From contig CAXXMD010000003.1 in assembly GCA_963675755.2 (NCBI GenBank), forward strand, positions 3,296,001 through 3,360,000: 64,000 nt of DNA, given 5' to 3'. Numbering within the stretch: the stretch's first letter is position 1; every line of letters begins with the position of its first letter. This DNA is from a bacterium (GTDB lineage Bacteria > Zhuqueibacterota > Zhuqueibacteria > Residuimicrobiales > Krinioviventaceae). The position numbers were made by a program, and so were the translations under genes. Below are positions 48,025-56,597 of the stretch, one piece after another. Under the pieces are notes generated by a model that ran no database searches, was not told the origin of the DNA, and worked only from the letters and a program-made list of their open reading frames with translations.

Positions 48025-48771
48025 CTATTTTAGTTCTTTCACAAGAAGATTTTTCCAGAGGATGGTTCCCTGTTTGCCCACGTGGACTTGTAGCCCGAAA
48101 AAACCTTCCTTGTATGTATCGTCAACCCAATTGGCCGCAGGAATTCCGTTAACCCAGGTCTTGATTGTGTTACCTTTTGCCAGCACGGTTATGCGGTTCC
48201 ACTCGTTTTCTTTCATTGCGTTTCTGATTTTTGCATGATCTTCAAGCCATAATGGATAATACCAACCACCACAACTTTGGCCATAAATGCCGCCAGACCA
48301 GTACCGTTGGCGTGCAAAATCTTCAACTTCGACCTGGGGGCCATATACAACCACTTTATCTGTGACTTTGGTCTTTGCTCTTACCATGATACCTGTGTTA
48401 CCATCTACCTCTATTTTCATGTCGCAGGTAAAGATAAAGTCAGTATAGTCGTCCTTGTCAGTACATAAATAAGTGCTTGGAGATCCGGGAACATTGGTAC
48501 CAACGATCATTCCGTCTTTGACCTGAAATTTACAGTTTCCCTCAAGCACTTTCCAATCGGTCAGGTTAATTCCGTTGAACAGGGGGACAAATCCGTCTGT
48601 CAAATCTGGTTCAGGATCTGTATTAAGCAGCATATCTGCAGGGTCTGGTGCGTTTTCCTGTACTTTGTATTTTTCATACCACTTTTGTTGACTCTTGTCG
48701 AGTTTGCCGGCAAATGCAATACATGATGCAAGTGCAAGCACGCTGCAAATGAGTAATAATTTGTTTTTCAA
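48025..48771 (-). CDS. DUF1080 / 3-keto-disaccharide hydrolase family
   Basis: LFNG.NL.DW, GNTGI, EWN.I, WVNG, GFFGLQVH. Confidence 0.88.
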   Translation of the reverse strand: MKNKLLLICSVLALASCIAFAGKLDKSQQKWYEKYKVQENAPDPADMLLNTDPEPDLTDGFVPLFNGINLTDWKVLEGNCKFQVKDGMIVGTNVPGSPSTYLCTDKDDYTDFIFTCDMKIEVDGNTGIMVRAKTKVTDKVVVYGPQVEVEDFARQRYWSGGIYGQSCGGWYYPLWLEDHAKIRNAMKENEWNRITVLAKGNTIKTWVNGIPAANWVDDTYKEGFFGLQVHVGKQGTILWKNLLVKELK

Positions 48772-48825
48772 TGTTGACTCCTTGACTAAATTTTTAAATG
48801 TAATGCAAAAATTGATTATGAATTT

Positions 48826-49965
48826 TTATAAAAATATCACACAAACCGGTTGAGGTATTTCTATATTGTTCACCGGTTCCAGTTTGCCATTTCCCTTTAT
48901 TGAAAAAACAGTAATATTACTTGTTTTCTGGTTTGCTGCAAATAAATATTTACCCGATGGGGTAATGTTGAAATGGCGGGGCCAGTTGCCGCCAGTAGGC
49001 TCGTGACCGATTGTTGTCAGTTTGCCTGTTTTTTGATCGATTGCATATATAACAATGCTGTTATGAACCCGGTTTGATCCGTACAGAAATTTTCCGTTGG
49101 GGTGTGCAACCACATGCGCGCACCAGTTTTCACCATCATAATCTTTTGGCAGGGTGGTTATGGTTTGGATCTCTGTCAACGCACCATTATTGCTGTCATA
49201 ACTGAATACAGTCATGGTAGAATTGAGCTCGCTAATTACATAGGCCCATTTACCACTGGGGTGAAAAGTGATAATTCTGGGGCCAGCACCGGGTGCCACG
49301 GCTGCAAAGGGTGGATTTGCAGGTTCCAGCTTGCCATTTTCTTTATCGATTTGGTAAATCATGATTTTATCGATACCCAGATCCGGCACATAGGCATATT
49401 TTTCGTCAGGTGAAGGGACAATAGAGTGTGGATGCGGTTGACTTTGACGGTCAGCATCAGGTCCCGATCCTTCATGCTGCTTCAGGCTTGAAACCTTTTG
49501 CAGAGACCCATCCTCATTGAGTGGATAGAGGATAGCGCTACCACCGCGATAATTATTAACCAGAGCATATCCTTCTACCAGACTGACATAACAGGGGTGT
49601 CCGCCGATGCTGATCTGCTCGTTCAGAGGAGTGAGGTCATGGGTTTCCGGATCAATGTGAAATGAAGAGACAATTCCAGTAAGTGTTTCCGGATCTGTGA
49701 CTTCGTTAATTGAATACAAGGTGTTGGTTTCAGTATTGATGGTCATATACGAAGGGTCAGTAACACCGGTTGTGAAACCTTGCAAGTTGTATTCTGCGGT
49801 AGCTTCGTCAAATGTATAGCGATAAATACCTTTACCACTACCATCATCCCGTGATGTATAGGTGCCTACATAGACAGTGAGTGTTTTGTTTTCTGGTTTA
49901 GCACAATTGAAAAAACTTGCTATTATGGCAAACATTAAAAGTAAAAAGATTTTTGAATTTTTCAT
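48826..49965 (-). CDS. Lactonase family beta-propeller (6-phosphogluconolactonase-like), lipoprotein
   Basis: YVGTYT, HPH, VPDLG.D, GAGPR, SNR.HNSI, WPRHF; lipobox FFNC. Confidence 0.9.
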   Translation of the reverse strand: MKNSKIFLLLMFAIIASFFNCAKPENKTLTVYVGTYTSRDDGSGKGIYRYTFDEATAEYNLQGFTTGVTDPSYMTINTETNTLYSINEVTDPETLTGIVSSFHIDPETHDLTPLNEQISIGGHPCYVSLVEGYALVNNYRGGSAILYPLNEDGSLQKVSSLKQHEGSGPDADRQSQPHPHSIVPSPDEKYAYVPDLGIDKIMIYQIDKENGKLEPANPPFAAVAPGAGPRIITFHPSGKWAYVISELNSTMTVFSYDSNNGALTEIQTITTLPKDYDGENWCAHVVAHPNGKFLYGSNRVHNSIVIYAIDQKTGKLTTIGHEPTGGNWPRHFNITPSGKYLFAANQKTSNITVFSIKGNGKLEPVNNIEIPQPVCVIFL

Positions 49966-50075
49966 GATTTGTCCTGTTTTTTTGATCTAAGAGTGAGATA
50001 TACTGCTATCACTAAAATTAAAAAAATGACTCCTGACATTAAAATGCCATTCAAAAAATCAGCCATCAAGAATCC

Positions 50076-51311
50076 TTAAAATTTAAATTTATAAACATAA
50101 ACTTGTCTACTGCCGGTATCCACAGAATTAAAACCAATCATATCGCCATTGGGGCTCCATCGGGGATGCAGATCACAAGCGGCATCTTTGCCGTTTTTGC
50201 GAAATTCTACAGGATTAATGAATCTTCCCAGCGTCAGCACTGCTTCGGTCTCCATATCCATGAGATAAATACACTGTTCCTGCAATTTGTTTTTAGGATA
50301 TGTGTCTGTAATCATCCATTTGCCGTCAGGAGAAAAGGCACCATGACCGTCGTAATCAAGAATTCCATTTCCCAGGCGTTTATAATTTTTCTCTCCCACT
50401 GTAAATAGTATGTGTCCGTATGCTTGTGCGTCATAGGCCGCGGTTATCATCAGATTGTCACCATCCAGCCAGTCAAAATGTGAACCGCCCCACTCGTCAG
50501 GAAAACACCGAACCAGGCCTGAACCATCACGATTGATTACAAATGAAGTGGTGTTTCTGGGGTCAGGTTGAGAACGTGCCAACCAGAAAATCTTGCTACC
50601 GTCTCTGCTGAACAAAGTGTGGTTAAAGTACTCTATCTGTTCAGGATTTATATCCGGAACCTGTTCTTTTATGTCTATAATTGAAATGAGTAATTTTGCA
50701 TTACCCGTTTCAAGATCAACAAGAAACAGGCCATCGTCCTCGGGAAATTGGGTGTCACCACGGTTGTCCTGTCCGTCTCCGTCATAGCCATAAGCTGTAC
50801 GGGTAATGCGGAGTCTTGAAAAATTGATGCTAATTGCTTCCTTGCCATTTGGAGACACCGCACTGACCGGATAGGGAATAGTCTTGATTTTTTCTTTGGT
50901 ATGTACATTCATTATTATGGATACATATTTACCCTCTTGCAGATCATTGTAAATAATTAAGGAATCCGGAGAGGTGCTGAGCCAATGCGCCATACATCCT
51001 TGCTGGAAATTCCATGCTCGTGTTTCTGCTAGTGGGATGAATTCAAAGGTATCCATATCGACCAATCCCAGTACGGCGGCATCATCTTTGGTAGGCAGTG
51101 TGTATTTGATGGGAGTGCGTAGAACCGTTGCGTATTTTTGGTTTTTGCTCCAGGAATTAATTCCGTAGTAGCTTGCAAAAAGATGTTCTTGTGGTCCTTT
51201 GGTAATGGCAATAGGTTCCGAGACCTGGGGGAAATGAACAGTTTGAATAGTTTCAGGTGATTGGCACCCTAACAAGAATAACAGAGAAAAGGCAATCCAT
51301 AATTTTTGCAT
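50076..51311 (-). CDS. Beta-propeller lipoprotein (TolB/oligogalacturonate-lyase-like), function uncertain
   Basis: Lipobox LLGC; AWNFQQG, FNH..FS.DG, DGH..FSPDG, CDLHPRWSP. Confidence 0.65.
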   Translation of the reverse strand: MQKLWIAFSLLFLLGCQSPETIQTVHFPQVSEPIAITKGPQEHLFASYYGINSWSKNQKYATVLRTPIKYTLPTKDDAAVLGLVDMDTFEFIPLAETRAWNFQQGCMAHWLSTSPDSLIIYNDLQEGKYVSIIMNVHTKEKIKTIPYPVSAVSPNGKEAISINFSRLRITRTAYGYDGDGQDNRGDTQFPEDDGLFLVDLETGNAKLLISIIDIKEQVPDINPEQIEYFNHTLFSRDGSKIFWLARSQPDPRNTTSFVINRDGSGLVRCFPDEWGGSHFDWLDGDNLMITAAYDAQAYGHILFTVGEKNYKRLGNGILDYDGHGAFSPDGKWMITDTYPKNKLQEQCIYLMDMETEAVLTLGRFINPVEFRKNGKDAACDLHPRWSPNGDMIGFNSVDTGSRQVYVYKFKF

Positions 51312-51313
51312 TT

Positions 51314-51826
51314 TTACCTCGGTTGATTATCTAAAAGTGATTGGATCTGACGGGTATGACGTTGACTGTGTAAAATGTTGAACCACAACCATTCTCCCCG
51401 GGTAAGCTCTCCAAATTTTGGATGGTTGAACAATTTTACCTTGTGTTCCAGTTCATGATTTTCGAGTATTTGCAGTTGCAGCTTGCGTAAGGTTAGAAAT
51501 GTATCCAGCTGCTCATCAGGGTCTTTGTCTTCATTTGATGGCTGAATGGGTTCACCGGCTGTTAATTTAAGATCATCATCGGTAAATAATGCACGTACAG
51601 TGAGTATCTTTTCATCAGGTTCACGGTCTGTACAGGGTGTACCTTGACTGTCCAGCAGTTTTGTTATAAATCCTTCAGAGATGATCACATGTTCCAGAAT
51701 TTGAGCAGCGGACCAGCGTCCTTTTGCCGGAGATATATTCCATGATTCAATTGGAAAGCGGTTCACAAGATAAATTAATTTGTCAGTCGAGTTTTGCAAT
51801 TCTATCTTTGTGCTTTTTTTATCCAT
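51314..51826 (-). CDS. DinB family protein
   Basis: WSAAQILEH, HPKFGELT, HSQRH metal triad. Confidence 0.88.
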   Translation of the reverse strand: MDKKSTKIELQNSTDKLIYLVNRFPIESWNISPAKGRWSAAQILEHVIISEGFITKLLDSQGTPCTDREPDEKILTVRALFTDDDLKLTAGEPIQPSNEDKDPDEQLDTFLTLRKLQLQILENHELEHKVKLFNHPKFGELTRGEWLWFNILHSQRHTRQIQSLLDNQPR

Positions 51827-51929
51827 AATACTATTTCTCCAATAATAATACGCAGGACAATAGGATTATACTATTTTTTGGGAAAAGAATCAATGGGAAT
51901 AATTAAGTATAGAGAATTATGGCTGGTAT

Positions 51930-52002
51930 AAAAAAATACAGCGGGAATCCTTCCACAAATTCCCGCTGTTTACATGGACCGGTTATATTTACCTGATCCA
52001 TT
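51930..52002 (-). ncRNA. Candidate small RNA (two hairpins ending in an intrinsic terminator)
   Basis: TTGATT-N17-TATTTT promoter (52037-52009), 5' hairpin 52001-51974, 11-bp terminator stem 51969-51938 plus U-tract. Confidence 0.45.
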
Positions 52003-52023
52003 GAAATTAAAATATAGTAATAC

Positions 52024-52047
52024 CATACAATAATCAAGTATTGTATG
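52024..52047. promoter_or_regulatory. Palindromic operator candidate
   Basis: CATACAATA-atcaag-TATTGTATG with perfect 9-bp arms, overlapping the -35 box. Confidence 0.5.
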
Positions 52048-52198
52048 AAAAATACTCGGTTTAATTTAAATTAGTGATCAGTTAAATATTATTTTCTGTC
52101 TGTCCCTTGTCCATCATAAGATGATGTCACCCCGTCCATATTTTAAATATAACCCAATAATTTATAATGTCAAGAAAAGAATTGATATTTTTGTGGTG

Positions 52199-53323
52199 TT
52201 ATTTATTCTTTTCCGGAAAATTGGGGAAATATTTTTCTCTGCAATCCGGACAGATACCATGACTGAATTCAGCATCAGTATGTTTTGCAATATACGCTTC
52301 GACCTGGTTCCAATAACCTTTATCGTCTCGAATTTGTTTGCAATATGAGCAAATAGGAACAATGCCGTTTAGCGTTTCAATTCTGTTTTTATATTTATTA
52401 ATAGTTAGTCTTACGAGTAAAAGCACAACAAGAGTAATAACAGCGCATACCAACAAGTTGATGACAAGTGTGGTAAAGATATGTTTGGTAGCTTGTCCTT
52501 GTTCCTGTTCTACTACAAGAAACCATTCGAACTCACGGATATATCGAACATTGGTATGAAAAGTCTTTTTGTTGCGTTTATTCTTGAATGATTTGGCTGA
52601 GCTGGATCTGAGTCGATCCTTGAATAAATCAGGAATGCCGGATGCCATTTGTGCTGCATTTTCTTTGTTAAAATTTGATGCAGAAAGTTTGATTGTGCCT
52701 TTTTTATCAACAAAAAAGATATTACGATTGTATTTTTTTTGATAAGATTCAATCAGTTCTTTTACAGCATTGACTGTTAATCCCACACCCGTTGCGCCAA
52801 TATAGTTGCCATTATAATCATAAACTTTGTAATTGATAAAGATGGTCATTGAATCGTTATTTGCCATGTCGATATCAACGTTAATTTCATACTCGTCTTT
52901 CATCTCTTTGACTCTGAAATACCAGATATCCCGTTCTTCTGTCGGAGAGACTGTTTTTAAAAGGCCATTTGAATGATAATATTTATAGGTTTTATCGGAA
53001 ACAAAGAAACTGGTAAACGTATTGAATTGTTTTTGAATATCTTTGAGATATTTGGTAACCTGATCAGTATCCTTTTCGCCGCTTATTACCCAATCTCTAA
53101 GAAACGTGTCTGTTGCCATGAGAGAAGAAATGAGAATAGGACTCAAAAGATCACGTTGGATTTCGGAATAAATATTGTCACTTGTCAGGGGGAGTTCGTT
53201 TAATAAAATTTCAGAGTGTAATGAGCCTCGTGAAACAATAAAACTTGCAAGGCTTGTGATTAAAAAACCGGCAATCAGTAAAATACTGAGTATGGGTAAT
53301 AACTGTTTGCTTTTTTTCGACAC
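52199..53323 (-). CDS. Two-TM dCache sensor with a C-terminal Cys/His-rich domain
   Basis: TM-Cache-TM layout (D.WYF, IGATGVG); tail GIVPICSYCKQIRDDKGYW...FSHGICPDC; GTG start after AAGGAG. Confidence 0.85.
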   Translation of the reverse strand: MSKKSKQLLPILSILLIAGFLITSLASFIVSRGSLHSEILLNELPLTSDNIYSEIQRDLLSPILISSLMATDTFLRDWVISGEKDTDQVTKYLKDIQKQFNTFTSFFVSDKTYKYYHSNGLLKTVSPTEERDIWYFRVKEMKDEYEINVDIDMANNDSMTIFINYKVYDYNGNYIGATGVGLTVNAVKELIESYQKKYNRNIFFVDKKGTIKLSASNFNKENAAQMASGIPDLFKDRLRSSSAKSFKNKRNKKTFHTNVRYIREFEWFLVVEQEQGQATKHIFTTLVINLLVCAVITLVVLLLVRLTINKYKNRIETLNGIVPICSYCKQIRDDKGYWNQVEAYIAKHTDAEFSHGICPDCREKYFPNFPEKNK

Positions 53324-53437
53324 GGATACTCCTTACAAGGGTTTCTTTATATACTATTCAACTTTGTTTAAACAAGTTAGTATTTATTAAGATAACTTTC
53401 AATGGAAACTAGAGTGTAATTCAAGTATTGTTTGATT

Positions 53438-54451
53438 TTATGAGTAATTGCACAACAATTCAAGATTTTCGATACGGGTATTCATGGTCAGGGTACACCC
53501 GGAGCTGAGAACAAAACGATTCCGTTTATGTTTTGCTATTATATCTTTAATATGATTCAGTTCTTTTAACAAGTCATTTTTATTCTGGTATTCAAGGGAA
53601 TCTACAGGATTCAGGTTGCCCCATAAAGCAACTTTATTACTCACTATTGAGCAGGCTTTATCCAGGTCAACCAGAGAGTCTATCTCGAGCACATCCGCAC
53701 CGGATCTTTCCATGTCAGGCAGAATATCTGTTGTATTTCCGCAGATATGTAGTGATAAAAGTGCATCTGTCTTTTTCAAAGCAGAAAACACCTTTTGTTC
53801 TGCCGGTAATGCAACGAGTTTATACAAATCACGACCAATTAATGCTGCCGGACTGTCACCGGTACTGAGCATATCAGCACCGGTAGCGGCCATTGCTTTA
53901 CCATATTCAATACAGCAAGCTGTACATTTGACCAAAAGATCTTCTATAAATACAGGATCGGTCATTAATTTTACCATTGCGTTGCCAATTCCCATCAGGG
54001 CACAAACCAATGACCAGGGAGACTGGTCAAAGCAGCCAACAATAAATACTTCATTGCCAATTTCTTTAACCACCCGTGATAGAGCTTCAAGCATGTTGGG
54101 GATGCGGCCCCTTTCAATGATTTGTTTTATTGGCAGCTTTTCCATGTCTTTGTGATCTTTGACTAATGGTTTCCCGAATCCGCCCATTGGCTGGTCTTCG
54201 TTTGGAAACGCAACACTGGCTCCCATTGCTTCTGCGGTTATCCAGGTGTCTGCGGATACCCAGACTGCATCCGGCTTAAAGCGCTCATAGTATCGAAGGA
54301 TTGCGTCTGCCATGATTTGAGGTTCAAGAGTATAATCTTTAATGCTTACATTGGCTATTTTTGAGCAAAAATGTACTGCAAGCGGTCCATTGGGAATTCG
54401 CGGAATATCTTTTCCCGCGAGAGCGTCGTATACAAGTTGTTTCGAGTTCAA
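53438..54451 (-). CDS. UroD/MtaA-family protein (methylcobamide methyltransferase-like)
   Basis: AEAMG, HICG, WGNLNP and LSSGC zinc-ligand pattern; TTG start. Confidence 0.85.
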   Translation of the reverse strand: MNSKQLVYDALAGKDIPRIPNGPLAVHFCSKIANVSIKDYTLEPQIMADAILRYYERFKPDAVWVSADTWITAEAMGASVAFPNEDQPMGGFGKPLVKDHKDMEKLPIKQIIERGRIPNMLEALSRVVKEIGNEVFIVGCFDQSPWSLVCALMGIGNAMVKLMTDPVFIEDLLVKCTACCIEYGKAMAATGADMLSTGDSPAALIGRDLYKLVALPAEQKVFSALKKTDALLSLHICGNTTDILPDMERSGADVLEIDSLVDLDKACSIVSNKVALWGNLNPVDSLEYQNKNDLLKELNHIKDIIAKHKRNRFVLSSGCTLTMNTRIENLELLCNYS

Positions 54452-54474
54452 TGTTTGCTCCGGTGATAGAGTTG

Positions 54475-55626
54475 TTAGCCCGTTGTTTTATTGTTTATTT
54501 GCAAATGCTCAATTATTTTATTTAAAACAGGTTCAGAGATCATGTGTTGTTGATGGGTATCATCGAGATAGAGATCGTAATTGCCGTTTTTTAGATCATT
54601 TACTCTTGCAACAACAATGTCTTTATAGGTTTCCCATTTGATTCCCGCAAAACAACAGGCATCAAACTGATTGATGATTTGTAACTGACTGCGACCCTTA
54701 CCACTGGCACCTAGAATATAAAGCTCAAGATAGTTTGCTGTGCGGTATAGCTCGGGTATGAATTGCTCATAATCGCCCCAATCCCTTTGAGAGTCTGACC
54801 TTAAATATAGTGGATATGAGCCGGCAACGGGAAAACTGTTTTTAATACGCGTGTCTACGGCCGCTGCCAGGGTGGTTGTCCAGCCACCACCAGAGATACC
54901 GGCCATTGCAACGCTGTTGCAATTGTATTGTTTTTGGAGATAGTTTATAGCAATTACAATCGGCTCAATGAAAAATTTTACAGGGTGTCCATTTTCAGGG
55001 TTCAGTAATTGAATATGATCGTGACGGGTGAGTTTGAAATTACCAAATCTTTCCAGATTGACTACCGGTTGATTGTTCATGCCCAGCAGCGGCATTGAAA
55101 ACGCAATGACCGTATAACCATTATCCAGAAATGCTTTGATTTGAGATTTACTTTTGTAAAAATCACCTCTATGGCCCTGATGGTATATCAACATACTTCC
55201 GTTTGGGCTTTTGGGGTAAAAGATGTAAGGATATGAATCAATACCAAATTCCATGGAAATGATGAGTTTGTCAATTGATTTTAATGTGGTTATATCTGAA
55301 TAACGATCGTCATTGTGGTTTTGCTCTACAGATTCGGGCAGTGTTTGCGGAATCCCTGGAGAACCAAAGATAAAATTGATCAATTCATTGCGAAGCTTGA
55401 CAATATCATCATCATTATGTATGGATATCAAAGAATTGACATCGGTTTCCAGGTAGCTGGCAGGAGTTTCAAGAAAATCTTGCGGGATTGTGTCTTTTTC
55501 AAATGACGATAATTTATTCTCAATTATTCCTGATGGAAATACATCATAGTAGTTGAGTATCATTCCCAAAATTAAAGCTACGATCAATAGAATTGAGATG
55601 GCTGCAATTTTAAATATTTTGACCAT
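54475..55626 (-). CDS. Membrane-anchored alpha/beta hydrolase
   Basis: N-terminal TM, HQGH, GISGGG nucleophile elbow, D.CCF and a late His. Confidence 0.7.
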   Translation of the reverse strand: MVKIFKIAAISILLIVALILGMILNYYDVFPSGIIENKLSSFEKDTIPQDFLETPASYLETDVNSLISIHNDDDIVKLRNELINFIFGSPGIPQTLPESVEQNHNDDRYSDITTLKSIDKLIISMEFGIDSYPYIFYPKSPNGSMLIYHQGHRGDFYKSKSQIKAFLDNGYTVIAFSMPLLGMNNQPVVNLERFGNFKLTRHDHIQLLNPENGHPVKFFIEPIVIAINYLQKQYNCNSVAMAGISGGGWTTTLAAAVDTRIKNSFPVAGSYPLYLRSDSQRDWGDYEQFIPELYRTANYLELYILGASGKGRSQLQIINQFDACCFAGIKWETYKDIVVARVNDLKNGNYDLYLDDTHQQHMISEPVLNKIIEHLQINNKTTG

Positions 55627-55649
55627 TTTGTTCTCCTTTTAAAGGAATA

Positions 55650-56573
55650 TTAATCGTGATCGGAAAATTTTTCACCCGCTGTGATTTTTACATCCAATCT
55701 GTTCTGATCAGGAGGCAGGGGACAGGTCGCATAGGGTGTGAAAACACAGGGGGGATTATAGGCTTTGTTAAAATCGATTCGAGTATTACCGTCTTTATCC
55801 GGTGCATTGACAACCAGAAAACGACCGCCGCCATAGGTCTGTTTTCCGGTAGTTGCATCTGCAAAAATGATGAAAAATGAATCATCTCCGGGTTCGGCAA
55901 TGGGGTCAAGACGGTATGTCTTGTTATTGATTTGAAATACCAAGGTTCCCGGACAGCTTTCCTCATTTATATTACCGAGCACATTGGGTACCGTGATTTT
56001 TTTAGGTGGATCATAAGGCTCAAAATGTGCGGTAATATTCCAATGGGGATCAATAACATATCTATCGATCCCTTTGAAAGTTTTGAAATTCTCACTTTTA
56101 CTGTCTTTTAAACGGATGCCGAACCTGTCACCTCGTTTGATGAGATACCAGGTGAGGCTTTTATATGTCAGGATGGTGGGATCACCTTCCATATCGCTTA
56201 CAAGAGACATTTCTGTCACAGGATTTTCGTTGCATAAAACTGTTACGTCTTGAGCGATTTTAACAGAAACCTGATTATTATCCAGAATTAATGTACCGAT
56301 AAAAGCAGGAGATTTATCTTTGGGAAAAATTAAATCGTTTGATTTATCCGCTCCAAAGGTGTTATCTCCTGGTTTTAACCAATACAATCCGGCAAGGCTC
56401 AACCAGCCATCTTTTTTCTGTAGCGATGTAATACGTTCCTGCTGCCATGCTTCTACAGATTCAACATACGCTTTGTCTTTTTCAGACAATGGCTTTGCCT
56501 TTTGACAGCTCATAGCTGACATCAATAATAAAAACAAAATGCATTTAATGATACCGGATTTTAGATACTGCAT
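55650..56573 (-). CDS. DUF1684 family lipoprotein
   Basis: GWLSLAGL.WL, TYGGGRFL, DFNKAYNPPC.FTPYATCPLPP. Confidence 0.9.
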   Translation of the reverse strand: MQYLKSGIIKCILFLLLMSAMSCQKAKPLSEKDKAYVESVEAWQQERITSLQKKDGWLSLAGLYWLKPGDNTFGADKSNDLIFPKDKSPAFIGTLILDNNQVSVKIAQDVTVLCNENPVTEMSLVSDMEGDPTILTYKSLTWYLIKRGDRFGIRLKDSKSENFKTFKGIDRYVIDPHWNITAHFEPYDPPKKITVPNVLGNINEESCPGTLVFQINNKTYRLDPIAEPGDDSFFIIFADATTGKQTYGGGRFLVVNAPDKDGNTRIDFNKAYNPPCVFTPYATCPLPPDQNRLDVKITAGEKFSDHD

Positions 56574-56597
56574 AATATCTCCGTTCGTCCAGACATT

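Noticed and set aside
53438-54451. A second hemE
   Set aside because: Lacks RQAGR and has MtaA-type zinc ligands.
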